Shown: positions 27,033-41,800 of the stretch, piece by piece | How the letters are laid out: each line of letters starts with the position of its first letter | How positions within the stretch are numbered: position 1 is the stretch's first letter | Assembly (NCBI RefSeq): GCF_009834535.1 | Contig: NC_045696.1 | Span: 32,924,001 to 32,988,000, forward strand | Reading direction: 5' to 3' | DNA length: 64,000 nucleotides | Source: Camelus ferus | Lineage: Eukaryota | Translations under genes and position numbers: made by a program | The notes under the pieces: model-generated | What the model was told of the DNA's origin: nothing | What the model saw: only the letters and a program-made list of their open reading frames with translations | Database searches by the model: none

Positions 27033-28044
27033 GTGCACTTATATACATATACTCTTATAAATGTTTTAGGGTTTTTTTAGGTCACTATAGTAAATTTTAA
27101 TCAGATAAATTTTAATGAATTAAATATGATCATTTATAAAATTGTTCCAAATGAACTGATGTGATTTCTAGTATTAATACTATTTTTTCATGGTTTGTTT
27201 AACTTGAAAACATTTTTTTAAATGTTTATCATATTGTATAATTTTAATTTTATAACTGTCTCATAATCTAGGAATTTTTAGCAGCACCCTCATTCACAGA
27301 TAATGATATAAAGTTATTGAAAATTCAGGAAACAAATATGAGACATAGGGACATGTACTAGTGATTATGTCTACTTATCATGATTTTTAAAATTAAAATT
27401 CACAAATGAATCTTTTGTACTTACCAAGAGAGAAAAACTCTTAAACTCTTAATTTGTTTAGGAGTTACCTGTTTCTGCCTTTGCAAGACTCTTAAGTATG
27501 CTACAAGAATAGAAATACATGGGAGGAACATGTGAAATATCTGATATACTGCCTCTCCTAAAACTGAGCCTGTTCAAATACATCATGAATTTTAATATAT
27601 TAGGGGAAAAAATCCTAAAATTGATGATGAAATTGTTTATATAATCTATGTAAAAATCCAAATAAATTATTGGTTCAAATATAGATTTAGTTTTACATCA
27701 GACTTTATAAATGGGTAAAATAATTTTTTGTTAATAAAATAATATCATTTGTCCTGTAATCTCAACCAAATTATTAGCTATAATGAGGTAATTGCATTGG
27801 AACCATATTTCAGAATGGCCATGCAAAATGAAAACAAAGGACGTATTTTTTTTAAAGGTAAGAAATCAGTCATTATCAAACTACCTCCAGTGAATAATAA
27901 AGACCAATCTCACCAAATCTATAGCTGGGTCCTATTGTATTGGTCCCAGTCTACTGACAGTGATGCTTTAGGTTAGGAATGCTTGCCTCGGTTCCCATTA
28001 CGTGTACGAGCCCCCACAAACATTTCCTCTACTAGGGCCAGTAT

Positions 28045-28504
28045 TGTGGTTGGACCAGCTTGAGTTCTTAATGTTATCACAGTATGCACTTCAGCAAGAA
28101 ACTGACAGAGAACTTTAAAGAACAAAATTTACTACTCACAGATCCTGGCGGACCACATAGCGAGGTCACAGGTAGAAAGAGAGAGAGAGCACAGGGTCCT
28201 GGGGCTCTGCCTTTATTAGGGTTCAAAGGTGGGGTGTTGAGTTTCATGGGTTCACTCTTTATTAGCGAATTTAAAGCATAAGAGTAGGAATTAGAGCTCA
28301 GGAAGGTAGAAGCCAGGTTGCTCAAAGTGATCAGTTGTCTAAGTTACCCAGGGCTTTCTGAAATAAAGAACTTCACAGGTGGGGCAGCCTAGTTCCTTAT
28401 CTGGATGTTTTGCTACAGCTGGCAATACGTTTATTCAAGATGGATGTCTTTTGAAATGGGTGCTTCCACTTACACAATCAATAGCTTAATGTCAAGCACT
28501 TACA
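28045..28504 (-). mobile_element. Solo LTR (about 460 bp), probably ERV1 class
   Basis: GC-richer block with TG...CA termini and flanking 4-mers GTAT/CTAT (3/4 TSD match). On the minus strand there is a TATA-like AATAAAGGCAGAGCCCC followed by an AGTAAA poly(A)-like signal. Confidence 0.7.
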
Positions 28505-31500
28505 CTATAGGTACTCAATTCTTCACAATTAGATTACACACTAATTTAGTTATTTATGTTTAAAAATACAACATTGAGTAAAATATTTTAAATTCTTCAT
28601 GTAAAGTAAAATGCATTTTAGCATGCTTTAGAATGAATATAGCTCCAGTCTAGAATTAAAGATCCATAATTTTTAGCCCATATGCTGCCATTGTAATTTT
28701 CAAATCATATAAATCATAAAACTTAACTATTTAAACGTAAGTGAATTTAGAGACCTGTTTGACCATTAAGTACAATCCTAAAATATTGCTCTTTAAAAGA
28801 TCTTCCCTATTTGAAGCAATCTTAGTGACTTGTAGAAAAAAATTGTATATCCACAGTTAAGCTATATGAAATGCAAATAAGTTGCTAAAGTATTTCCTTT
28901 GTGTCAGCATACAGAAATTGAGATGAATTGTACAATTCTACTCATATTTAATATGGGTATTTTTAATGAACTACAATTGCCTAAAATGTTGATTATGAAA
29001 TAGTATTTTTGTATGCAGATTTCTTTACTTCAATTATTTTTTAATTTCTCTGGTTTCAAAATACAATAAGCTAAGGTAAAATAAATACAAAATGCATATA
29101 TGTGCACATCAAACCACTATCTGAAGCATCTATTTAATTAAATCAGAATAAAAAGCAATAATGATCTGGCCCCTGCTTCTAATTTCTATTTCCTTTAGGT
29201 CAAAAGAAAAAATCTAGTCTATCTGTATTTTATTTTTATTTGATTTCATTAATGTGTTCCCTCCTTTCCTTTTTGGCATAGATACTTAAAAAAAAATAGG
29301 ATACAAAGAGATAAAGAAACATTTATCAGAATAAAAGAAAAAGAACACCAGCACTGAGAAAGAATGAATGGAGTAAAAATCATTATAGCTCTGCATTAGT
29401 CAAAATAAATGCATTCAAACAGAGCATCTGCAATGGTAAAATATATCATCTTGACACAGTTAAATCCCAAAGTGTGCAAATCAAGAAATTGTTTATGAGC
29501 TTGTATTATGAGTATTTAGCTATTAAAAATGTTCTAGTTTTATCGGTGGTAATAAAGCACAATTTGCATGGTGTTGTGAGCTTTCAAAAATTAAGTGTCA
29601 ATATGTTGGGCTTTTTTTCACTTGACAAAAATTAAGTAATAATTCAGTCTCCAGATGGTCCATATACAGGGACCTGCTTATCTGCAAAAAGACAGGTTTC
29701 CACATTAGGCTGTAAGTGTAGCTCAATTTCCACTAGTCTTTTTAAAAACAATAATTATTGTATAAAGTTGACTTTCAAAATTAAATATGTGAAACATAGT
29801 TCATCATGGAAATAGGATACTAAAATGCTTCTTACTTGGCAAGAACAAACACCACGTATGATCTATAATTGGAGGTGCTCTCAACCTTACTAAAAGTACC
29901 ATATTGTTAATACTGAAGGGAGTGGCTACAGTCTGGATATGAGTAGGGTTGCTGATTGGGTTCCCGGTCCTTTAGCCAGCTATGGACGCACACAGTTGAA
30001 TATTAGCAATGTTTCAGATTAGATTATTCCAAAATAGCACAGAATGCTAAAGTTATTCTTTCTATTCTAGTAGATCTTATTTGGAATAAGAATCACTTAT
30101 TACATATGACCATTTTTAAAACTAAATGGAGCATTTGCCTCTGAATTTTATGAAGTTGAACTCTGGCAAAGTTTGAAAATCTCTTAAATGTTACTTATTT
30201 CCTTATGGCATTTGGGAAATATTTGAGGAAAACTGGCATTCGTATTTTCTCTCCAGTACCACCTATTAAGGGAAGCATAACACTTATGCTCTATTCTATT
30301 TTCTAAGGGCATTCTTGTGGCTTGTGCAATTTAAAACATCAAACATTTTTAAGAGTTTCATTTTAAGCTTATTTATTTCTTGGCTTAGATCAGTTTAAAC
30401 AGAAATATTTGTTCCATTAGTTTATATTTCTTTTAAGTAAACAGTTCTAATATTGTTTCTACTTCTATAAGTGTAGAAGTATCTTAATTGATTTTATGGT
30501 AATAATTCTAGATTTAATATAATCTAATACTAGATACATTTCCTGCAAAACAACCTCTAAGAGAGAGAAGAAAATGTCCCCTAGTAGACTCTGTGCCATT
30601 GTCTTGAATTCATCTCTATATAATATGCATATACATATAAATATTACATTAAAATGTCCCATAATTATTATATTCCAGAAAGCACATTGCTATAAAATAT
30701 TAAGACTAAATGAGTTACTTATTATTAGGAGGATAATCTGTTTTATATTTTAAAAGCTTGGGCTACAAATATGAATAAATGTATTTCCCGAACATCTCTG
30801 AAATTATTTTAAAAATCATTAATAAACCAAACTGGTTGTGTCTTTCTTACTAACCAATGAATTAAATTTATGAGCTGTGCCTTTGAAGCTGAGAAGATTG
30901 CTGGCACTGCCTTTGCTTCTTTGACACTCCACATGAAACACAGTTAATAACCTCCCATGTAAGCTTGGAGAAACACCGAATTGATACTAATTATACCAAC
31001 TTTGGGATAGAAGGTGACCTTGACTTCAGCTGGAACTTTCTGCCGGGACAGTAAATAAGAGCAAATGCCACAAAGCATGACTTCTGCGAAGAGTCTAATA
31101 CAATCTATTAAATGTAAGTTCTTGGAATTGCAGTAAGTGCTGGGATAATTGTGATATTTTAAAACATCTCTTGCTTCACTACTACAGCAGTTTCTTATTT
31201 TTCTAGATTTTAAATAATCTCTCATTAGTTTTCTGTACTCATTTAAATTAAGCTGTGGCCAGGAAATTAAAAGCTACTTGATGCAAAGTGTGTGTGAGGG
31301 GACTGCAGGGCAAGGAGACAGAGTTTTCCAAATGGCTTCTCAAATATGTACGTAATATTTATACAATTTTAGTATCAGAATTGCTTATGCTGAAGCTCTG
31401 ATAATACTGACTCTTCAATAAGGAAATGTCTTTATAAAAGTATTAAGAAAAATGACTATGAAAAAGCAATAGTGCCAGTAGATACACAAGTTTAAACTAT

Positions 31501-32083
31501 TGCCAGAAAACCTGTCAAGACCAATGATGTGTAGCAGTTTCACAGGTAAAAATCTTAGTTCAGTGTTAAAAAAGAGTCAATAAAATTACTCTAAATGCTA
31601 AGAGGTGAGGGAGAATAGAAACTCAGCTCTCTTCACTGATATTGTTTAAAGAATTACATTAGTGTAAAGGGAATTCTGTTCAAAGTGTTCAGTATAATAA
31701 ATGGAATTACCTAAGACTAGTTATTTTTCCTTTTAGAAAAAACAGAGATGAACTCAACTATTTCCAGGGCTGTCTTATTTAACCCACTAGTAAGCAAAGA
31801 ATGCTGATCAATGAAAGTTTAAATAGGAATGGAGCACTTTGAAGCAACATGAGGAATTGCATTAGATTCACCAAGAAACGTATTTTTTTCAGAGGCATTT
31901 GAACCATTTTTGATGTCTAAGCCCAGGTTTCATAGGAAGGAAGCACAAATGCTCTTTCTAGGGTAGTCTGTGTTAAACTGGGTAAGTTACAATAGTCTTG
32001 ATACATTTTTTTTTTCTTTTTCCTTGAAGTCATTTTCCTTAAGTATTAATTATAAGATTATTACTTTTTCCTAGTATAGATAG

Positions 32084-32570
32084 TGTGTTACTCAGGATAT
32101 CAGCAGGGCCTGATGGCAGTCTCAAACGGGTGTAGCTGAAGAGTTTTTAATGAGGACACTTTCACAGACTTACAGACAGAGTTTGGGGAACTAGTAAGGG
32201 AGGAGGACAGTCCAGCTCGCAATAGTAAGATGCCAGCACTGGGCCTAAAGAGCCAGAGGAAGTGAGCAGGGTTATCTCAGTCAGAGAAGAACTGGAGCCA
32301 GAAAAGGGGCAGCTCGAGAAGAGCAGTGGTCACAGGACACAAACGGTATCTCACTCAACCAGGTGGGGATATTGGAGCAGGAGGGATAAATTTCACACCT
32401 CTTTCTTCTCTCATCGTCCAATAACTTTCTATTAGTTGAATCCCTCTGAAAATCAGAGATCAAGTAACCTGAGCAAAGCAGTGCACAGAAGTCAGGTTCC
32501 CAGAGCAAAGATCAAGGCACAAAAGGATGAGGGATGGATTTAGGGACCAGATGGAGAATGAACAGTGGAG
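32084..32570 (-). mobile_element. Old ERVL-class LTR (LTR33/LTR41-like)
   Basis: Begins tgtgttactcaggatatcagcagggcctgatggcagtctcaaac...gaagagtttttaatgagg, which resembles the antisense 3' end of LTR33-type elements. Confidence 0.6.
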
Positions 32571-34679
32571 ATACGTGTGTTTAGCACATTATCTAATTTG
32601 CTTAGAATATGTCGTCTAATTTGTACACTTAGGGTGATTTAAAATGTCAGATTTTATCTTAGTCTTGGATTTCTCTCATAGACATGCATATTATAAGTCT
32701 ATAATAGAAAACTAGTAATGGTGGTAAGAGAGCAGCCCTCCCAATTCACTTTAACACATAATTTCCCTTTCCAGGCTTAAGTTGGAGAGACAAGTGCTCT
32801 AGATGGTTGAAGGCAGATTACGAACCTGATAGGGCTGGCTTTGTTATTAGACACAAAGAAATGTTTTTAAAGTCTATTTTTATCATTTAAATAACCTACT
32901 TTCCAAGAGAAAGCCATTTTTAATCTTGGTATGAGGACTATCCGTCTAGTTTGTTGGGTGATGAGAGATCCCTCATTTGAAATATTTTCAAATCTACTTG
33001 TACGAACGCAGACTATATATTGGATTTGAACTAAGGGCTTTGAAAATATTAGTTGCGGGGAGGCAGAAGCTCTAAAAGTGAGCTAGCCATAAGTTAATAA
33101 TAAACTGATATAGATATGTCTTATTAACTTTCTATTTAAGGTATTTTAGTGTCAGTTAGACAAATAATTTTCAGTCCTGAGATAATAGCTTTTCAGCATA
33201 GGAAATCATTTTCTTGAGAGAAGATTTTAGAAAGAGCAATCATAGTCTTTAATATATAGCATTATCTCTATGCCTTTGATGTTTTTAAAGTATGTGTACA
33301 TTATTAATTGAGTTAAGTTGGTAGATTGGAAACATATAAAAGAAAACCAGTTCAGCTTGTTTTCACTCTGAAATATGTTTGTCTGTGCGACAGCTTGTGT
33401 CCCTTAGCATTTCCCTCTGATAGGTCAGAAAGTTTTGTTCCAAGTGGGATATTACAATAGTTTTTTAAAAGGACTAAGAAGAGCATTCTAATTTTTCTGG
33501 TATGTCTGTCCTCTCCCCTAGTTCTGAAAGTTAGCTGGAAATTCAGCACTACATCTCAGAATGCTGCTTTAGGGAACCACAAACAAATCTTCATATACTT
33601 TTCTCTCAGTCTTACAGGTTAAATCCAGATATGTTCCATCTTAATTCCAAGGTGAAAGAAATGAGTATGCAAATAAGAAGTAAATTCTAAGGGCTTCTCT
33701 TACTAGTTCATGTTCATATTTTTAATTTCTCTACTCAGTTTGGCAATATGTCAATGTAATTTTTCCATGTTAGTATATCAATGTGGGAGTTTTAAAGTAA
33801 CTTTTAAAATGATAGGATGCTTTAGTAAAAGCTAAAAATGGTAAAAGAAAAAAAACACAATTTAAACATATAGTTATCGATTCACTAGTTTAACAAAATA
33901 TGCCATATCTGAACTCATCATGAGATGGTGAAAGTAATTGCTGGGGGCAGGATATTTATGTTTCGTCCTGACTTGGCCTCTGGACATGTGATCTCAGGCA
34001 AGGAAATTCATTTCTCCTCATCCCAGTGGACTATGTGAATTCCAGGTGTGTCTCAATTCTGAGTCCTCCACCAGGATTTCAGGGACGAGTATAATTTTGG
34101 TTATTTTTTAATCAGAGCCTATAATTACCTATAATTTAATTGTAGGTAAAATCCCTTTGCCATTTTAAATAATTTCAGTAATTCCCTTAGCATTCTACAC
34201 TTCCAGCTTTTTATGTTTGAATGCTCTGAAAAGCTAAAAGAGTAAAAATGAATTATGAGACTCTGACCACTCACTGTATTTGGCCTTTTGGTCACCTTTC
34301 TCTAGCCATTGACCCATCTCTTCTCCCGTCACTTCCATTTGCACACTCATTTCCCTCCAGTGCTTTCTCTTACAAACCTTTATACACCTGAACATCACTC
34401 TACCAGTAAGATTTCCAACCTTACATTATGAGGTAAAGTAAACATTGAGTTCCAGCTATGATGGCCATAAAACTAATGTGTACAGTCCATTTTCACAATT
34501 CTGCTGTTGGGCCCGGGTCTCTCCTGGTCAGCTACTTTGTAGCCAAAGTCTACAGCTTAGACAAACTTTCTGATACTCTTTTCTATTGGAACTTAAGATA
34601 TCCCTTTTGACTGCATTAAAATGGTTATAGAAAAATTGTGAAGATTATGGCTTCTGGACTCATATTATCTAGGCTCTTT

Positions 34680-34880
34680 TTTCCACTTTGCCACTCATAC
34701 GGCTTGTGACTTTCCTTAAACTCTCTGTGCCTCTGTTTCCTGACAGAAAAAGCATAGAAAATAATAATAGTATCAGCCTTACAATGTAGTTTTCAAAATT
34801 GAATGTATTTTTACATTTAACTTGCTTTAAAAAATGCCTTGCTCATAACAAATACTTAATAATTGTTAGTTTTTATAATT
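34680..34880 (+). mobile_element. MIR SINE
   Basis: MIR core: ctttgccactc...ctctctgtgcctctgtttcc...aataataatagta...aatacttaataattgttag. Confidence 0.75.
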
Positions 34881-36589
34881 ATTAACCATTTTTTAAAAAT
34901 TTAACCATCTAAACAAGGTAGGATAAAAGTGACTGCATATTTGTTAGTATCAATGAGATGAACTGACAGTTGCTAGGTTAAGGCTACAATGTATGGTTAA
35001 TAGACCATCCTTTAAATCATGTAAGTCCTCTTTGAAATCTAAAATTTAAGGATTTCTGTGATTTACAGTCAATAAGATAAAACAGAGTCCCCGTGTACTT
35101 CCTTATTATTCAGTCCAACCAGATCAATTATCAAATGAATCAGAAACATAATTTTTAAACAAAAGTAATTTATTTTATAATTACTTTTCTAACTGAATAT
35201 TAACAGGCATTTAAATGGCCTTCAGTAGCAGAAATATCTAGTTTGGATCCCAGGTCCATGATATGCACATTATACCTTAAGCTCCAATTTTCTCATCTCT
35301 AAAATGATTGTATTAACTTACTTACAGGGTTATTTTAGGCATTAAAACAAATATTAATTTTCTGTTATTGTCATAATATGGATGATTTTCTAAATATAGG
35401 GGATTGTTATGTATTAAAGTTATATACTATTAATTTTTTTTAAAATTCAGGCTTGTTAATTGCAAGTGACACCATTTTCATGTTAAAATATTTCATCATC
35501 ATTAATTAGTGCAACTTAATATTCATCTTTGATATATTGACCCAATAGAACCAATTATCTTAAACAACCAATTAATAAATCCAGTTGGTTAAAATATATT
35601 TAAACTCCTCCAGTAAATTATTCTATAAAATATTTGGGAAATTACCTAAACACATTCAAGATTTAGCAGACTTATTTCTCATTGATTAGTTACATTTCAA
35701 AATTTATTTATCCTTCTAACAATTTAAATCATTTTTCTGTATTTCTCATTTTAAACAAGTTTATCATAGATAAATTAGTTCTAAAATGTTAAGCAAAATG
35801 AAGGAAAAGGAAGGTCATTCTTTATCCCATACTCTTGAAAGAAACTGTTATAGTTTGGGAATATTAGAAATTTTTTAAAAATCTACATGTTTATAGTATT
35901 TATACAAAAATTATTATGTGAATGTTATTTTGCATTTTATCACTTTTCTATATCGATTATCTTACTTGTCAATGATTATAATTCCACATCTCTTTTGATG
36001 TTTTCCTGAGTTTAAATGAACTTCTTCAAATGAAAGGACAAATATAAAAAAGTGTTTCGTTTCTCCAAATTCTGAAAATTGTAATTTTCAGAATGTTTTT
36101 TGTATTTAGTCAGCGTTAGTTTACCTATAGTGAAATATTAAACTGTAGATGAGTTTATGGTTCCAAATATATATTGAAAATATAGATAGACAGCAATTTT
36201 TAAAATTTTTTGAAGTCCAAAACAATTAAGAGATCCAATGAACATTATAGTAAAATAGTATTTTACCACTTTACTGAGTGGATTAATTTAATTAAAACTC
36301 AGTATTTTATAAGCTCTAAATATCTCAATAATTTACTACTCAGTATGTGGCAAAAATACCTATTTTGAAAAGGTATTTTTTAGAAGTCACACTCATTGAT
36401 TTCAGAATAAAATGAGAGATCTGCATTATTATTATCATGATAAACAGTTTAAATAATCTTCTACCCAATATTAAATTATTCACCTTAAAACTTTACTCTT
36501 TCTTAAGTGATACTCAACATTTATCTGATGTCAGGTTTATCAGCCACAATGTCCCTGAGTAATTCTTGTATTTATTGGGAAATTTTAAA

Positions 36590-36770
36590 ATGGTAGCAGA
36601 ATTACAGAATGATAGAAATAATCTTCAGAGCCATGCAGCCTACCTTAACCTTCACTTTCTAGGTGAGAAAATTGAATTGAAGAAAAATGAGATTTTTTTT
36701 ATGGCCATATGCCATTTGATGCTCTAACCAGGCCTAAAACCATATTCTCTGGAATCATTTTTTTCTTTGA
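36590..36770 (-). mobile_element. MIR SINE fragment
   Basis: Antisense MIR core: cttcactttctaggtgagaaaattga. Confidence 0.5.
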
Positions 36771-38899
36771 CAGTAATCCATGCTAGGTATTATTTTCCTA
36801 CAGACAAAGACATGGATTGACATTTTCTAATTTTATATGTAGTCCAAATTACATGATTTAGGAAGAGAAAAGGGAGAGAGATTTTTAAATAATATATATA
36901 CAAGACCTTATACACTTGAAAAAATCTTAATACTATAAAACAGAAATAAGGAGAATCAAAATTTGAGAATTTACGTTCTTTCAAACTATGCCACTAGGAA
37001 TCATTGACTCTTCAATCTGCAAAGGACTTTCCATTTTTTTCTTTTACTGATGATCACATAGCTAGTTTCAAAATTAGAACTAAAATTGGCGAACACGTAA
37101 TTCTATTCACTACACTGTACTTCCTTCCAAATAGTACAACAGTTTATTTAGAGAATCAAATAAAGAAAAACAACGGGTAAACTAATTTTTGTTGACCCAC
37201 TTGTACATGTGTGAAGGTCTTATTAGTATTCCTTTAGAAACATACAGATAACATGCTAGACCTGGCTAAAACCTTACTGTTCTGCAATATTCTGAGGAAC
37301 TTCCTAATTCTTTTTCATAACATTTAGCAAATACATTTTATACTTTATTTTCTATATATCCATACCTTAACCTGATGGGAACCTCATTTTTAAATCTGAA
37401 AAACAGTTGTTAGGATTAATTATTTCACTGGCTTTTCTTAAACATCTAGTTTTAGCAATTCATTAAATAAGTCTTAAAACAAGATAAAGGATTCCTAACT
37501 TCCTCTGAAAGTCCGGTCCTTATACTTACTGATCATTCCTGCTATTTTTATTAACTTCCTCCCCTAACACATTCTAGTCGGGAAAGCCTCATCTTATTAT
37601 CAGCATGGAACTGAAATTGTTTTGTCTTCCTTCCAGAAATGACCTCTCTGGAGTCTATCCAGGGTCAGGGCTGTCACTTTCTTCTCTCAGTGCAGTTTGG
37701 CTTTAAAATGAAAGTGTTGTGTTAAATTATACCTGAAGGTTCAGGTGTTCGAAAACTAAAGGGAGTCACTTCCAAAGTTTTATCTATGAGGCCCAAAGAA
37801 GATAAAACAACATAAATATAATTACCGGAGTAAAGAATTTACCTTCAGAATGAACTCTTAATGGAAGCTCATTGTATTATTTGCATAACTACAACTTAAT
37901 TTTGTTATTAGAACCACTAACTTTAACAGCGTCTTTTTGGCTATGTATCCATAATCTATAAACTGGGGGCCATAATTATAAATGTGGGAAGTGTTTAGAA
38001 ATTGTAAAATATCACAAGTATATGTTTCTCATTACTGTTTTATTTTTTAAACCTTTCTCAAACTCCTACCTGTCAGTAATCATTTTTTTTTAAGTGGGAA
38101 AAGAAAAACATAAATATTCTAAGAAAATCCCAAATAAAATATACTCATTTCTTTTTTTTTTAAAAAAAGGACCATTTAAAAAATTTAGTCAGTTGAAATT
38201 TTACCTCCATAATATTTAGTTAATATGTCATTTATGTAATATTGCTACAGTTGTGATATAATCATGTAAAATGGGGAGAAGGTGATGTTTTCACTTTCCT
38301 TAAACAATTCATCTTCTTTTTTTTACTTTTCATGTACCTTTTAAAATAGTCATGAAATTCCATGGTCTGGTCTTTATTTTGGTCAGGAGGAAAACGAATG
38401 TATCAGTGAATCGTGTGAGATCAGACTCAAGAGAAACGTGTATCATTTATCAATTTGTTCTTTAAATATTTATTGGAATCTTTATTTTGCATTAAAAATT
38501 CAGTATGATTAGAAGCATATGAGGTCCACCTTTCATTAAGAAGGATCACCCTACCTAAAAGGAGAGAAGGGTGAAGTGAATGTGAAGAGGTTTCTTAATA
38601 GAGGGGCCCCACCAGATATAGACAGTGTTAGCATAATTGAAATACTTAGGAAATGGTACTAGGGAAGCATACATGCATAGTTCTTTTCATTTTTGTTTGG
38701 AAAAATTCCCAATTTCATAGTGTGATAAAACAGATTGACAACTTAGCTTTTCTTATTTCTGCAGCTAATTTTCTAAATTTTGACACTTTTGTGACATTGA
38801 TGGCAAGGGCAATTTTACCCTCTCTGGGAGCCTGGGGAATAGGTTCCTTTAATAATATTTATATTTCTTCAAAATGTTTTTATCTGTAAGATAGGTGTC

Positions 38900-41800
38900 T
38901 TCAGACACAACTAGGGTTTGGAGATATAAAACATGAATGGAAGAGCAGCATGTGCGAGGCAACAGTATATAAATGGAGCATTACACAATCAGCTAGGCTA
39001 CAATTAAGCATAAAAAAGAAGCATAATGAAAGATAAGTCTTCATTTATTCATCCATGCATTTATCGATTCAGTAAGTTTTTCTATGGACAGGAAGGAGCA
39101 AATGATAAGAAGCTTAAAAGTTTAGAGTTTATTCAGGATGTGATGAGAAATAATTTAAGCAAAATGAAGAAAGTTTAGATTAAGCTTTGAAAGATCACTC
39201 TGTCATGGTGTGATGGGTGGAAGACTGGAGAAGACAGAAAAGGCAGGAAGCCAGTGAAGAAATCTAGGTAATTCAAGAGAAAGACTTGGAGAAGGACAGG
39301 AGCCAAAGACATGGAGAAGAGGGAAAGGTTTCAAGAAATATGGGAAAGTAAAATTGATAGATTTTGTTAATGATTAGGTAAAAGATTTTACTTTAAAGGG
39401 TAGGAAATCCCAAAATGGCTCTCAGGATTTTAAGTTGGATTTCAGGGTATTTGGTGCCTTCATCAGAATAAAGACTGTAAGAGAATAAAGAATAATTTTA
39501 TTGGGAAAAATGATATGCTCCATTTTAAACATGTAGTGTTTGAAATACCTTTGCAACAGCCAAATGAAGGTGTTTAATAACTAGGACATAAGATATGTCA
39601 TCTAGGATAGAAATGCAGTTTTCGGACTGACTTTTGTATAGATGAAGGGTAAGCCATAGAGGAGAAATATAACTTCAATAGAATGTGTGAATTAGGAAGA
39701 TAAGAATGCTAAAGTTTATACCCTGTAATTTAAAAAACAAATGATGAGAATCTAAGGGTCATGTTGAGAAATGCAAAGGTGTGAAGTTGTGGCCAGAATA
39801 GTGAGATGACAGCAGAGAGAAAAGTGTCACATGAGCTAGGGTGGGAGTTAGCTAGGGAGGCTCATAGCGCCAGCCGGCTCAGAAAGGCCAAGTGCGATAG
39901 CCTGTGAAATATATTTCTTAATTTGATTTATGCGGGGAGTGTTTGATGGATTTAGAAAAAAATAGTTTTATGAAATAATAGAATAAAAATCAGATTGCAG
40001 GACTTGAGAAGTGAATGGGAGGTAAAAAGTACAGCAAGTCAGTGAAAAAACAGAAAGTTTGTTATTTCAAGAATGTTGTCTGAGAAGAAAAGGAGATACC
40101 AAGCAGACAGAAGGCAACATAAAGTCAATTAACATCTTTGAAGGACAGTGTGAACTTAGCATTGCTTTTTAATGCTGTGAGAAGAGAGCTCGGAAAAAAA
40201 AAAAGTTGTTCAACATATGGTTTAAAAAAGATATATGCTGATAGAATAAATCCCTAAATATTCAAAATGGCATTATATATAAAATATTATTTTATAATAT
40301 ATATTTAATGTAGTATATATAGTAATATATAATATTTTTTAATGTAAGCATTAACCTTGAACACAAGGAGACATTCTCTGTACAATGAGACTGAAGAGAA
40401 AAGTTATTAATAGTAATGGACAGAGAAAAGTTTGCCAGCAATGGGAAGTATGATCAGGGAAAGTGGAAATTTAGTAAGAGATTTTACCCAATGGCCTGTG
40501 TTTTCTCTGTAAAGTAGGGGAGATAATTTTCCAAGATGGATAAAATGAGCATAGAAGGGATCTTTAAGAAAGTGGTCAAGTTTTAAAATGGTTGCTGTAC
40601 AAATGAAAAAGGAGATTGAGTAGGAACACATTGTAATTTCTGGGAAAGATGTCTTCATTCATTACACAAATTATTACAACATTCTCTAATTTGCTCCTGG
40701 AGGTCATCATAGGGAACCTTCCTAAGGAAGTGATATTTGCTAGACATGAATGATTTATGCAAGATGTGAAACTGAGGAATGGAGAGATGAGGAGGAAGAA
40801 CGAGCATTTCACAATCAGGGAACAGCAAATGCAAAGGTCCTAAAGTGATAAAGAGCGTGGCCATTAAAAAATCCAGAAAGAGTGTCATGGAGACTGGAAT
40901 GCAGATTGTCAAGAGAATGGTATGAAAGTGTGCAGTAGCTAGTTGGGTTAGATCCTGTAGAATCTTAAACTTATTTTAAGGATTTGAGCTAGTATCCTAA
41001 GAGTAATTGAAGAAAGAAATAGGGAAGGACGGAAGAAAGGAAGAGAGGAAGGGAGAGAGGGAGGGAAGGAGGAAAAAAAGGGAATCCTAAATTGGTTTTA
41101 AGCAAAATAACACTATAATCACATTTGCACTTAAAATATATTTCTGTCTGTCAGGGAACAAATATCTAAGAGGTGAGCAAGAGAGGACGGTGGGAGAAAG
41201 GTGAAGGAGCTATTGAAATAATTTTGGTGAGAGACGATAATGGTTTAGACTAGGATATTAGAACAATTGACAGAAAGGTGGAATAATTTAACATAAAAAT
41301 CTGTAGGTTTTCTAATTCTTTGGTTATATGGACTAAAGACCATCAATATGTCACAAGCTGGCTTACCAAACTTACCCAAATTTCTAGGTTTCTAAAATTA
41401 ATAGATGGTGGTGCTATTCACTGAGATAAGACACATTGGTGGTAGAAGTAGAATTATAAGCTTGTTTTGAACATATTGAGCTTGTTGTGTATTTGATATC
41501 CCCAAGTAGAAACAAAATATTGAATAGATAATTGAATATACAGATTTGTAGCTTAGGCTAGTTATTGGGCATATAGAATTGGCTAAAGCCAAGTTTGGGA
41601 TCATGTAGATAGATTATATAAGAACAGAAAATTCAGTCTTCAACTGGAAACCATGAACTTACAGTAGTTCAAAGTCACAAAGTTTTCTGATTATTTTCAG
41701 ATTTTTGAAAAGGCCATGTTTCAAATGAATGTACAGATGCTTTGATTGAAGAAGAAATGGCGTTGAGATTAGGCAAATTAGTGAAAGGAAGAGATCAAGG

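Noticed and set aside
30020..30095. Imperfect AT-rich palindrome (ttattccaaaatag / cttatttggaataa); similar short hairpins at about 7524 and 36272
   Set aside because: Stems of 8-14 bp in AT-rich DNA are not distinguishable from chance and lack pre-miRNA quality.
41010..41083. GA-rich tract as a G-quadruplex; similar tract at about 47755-47828
   Set aside because: Only three closely spaced GGG runs, the nearest further run being 14 nt away; ordinary low-complexity purine repeat.
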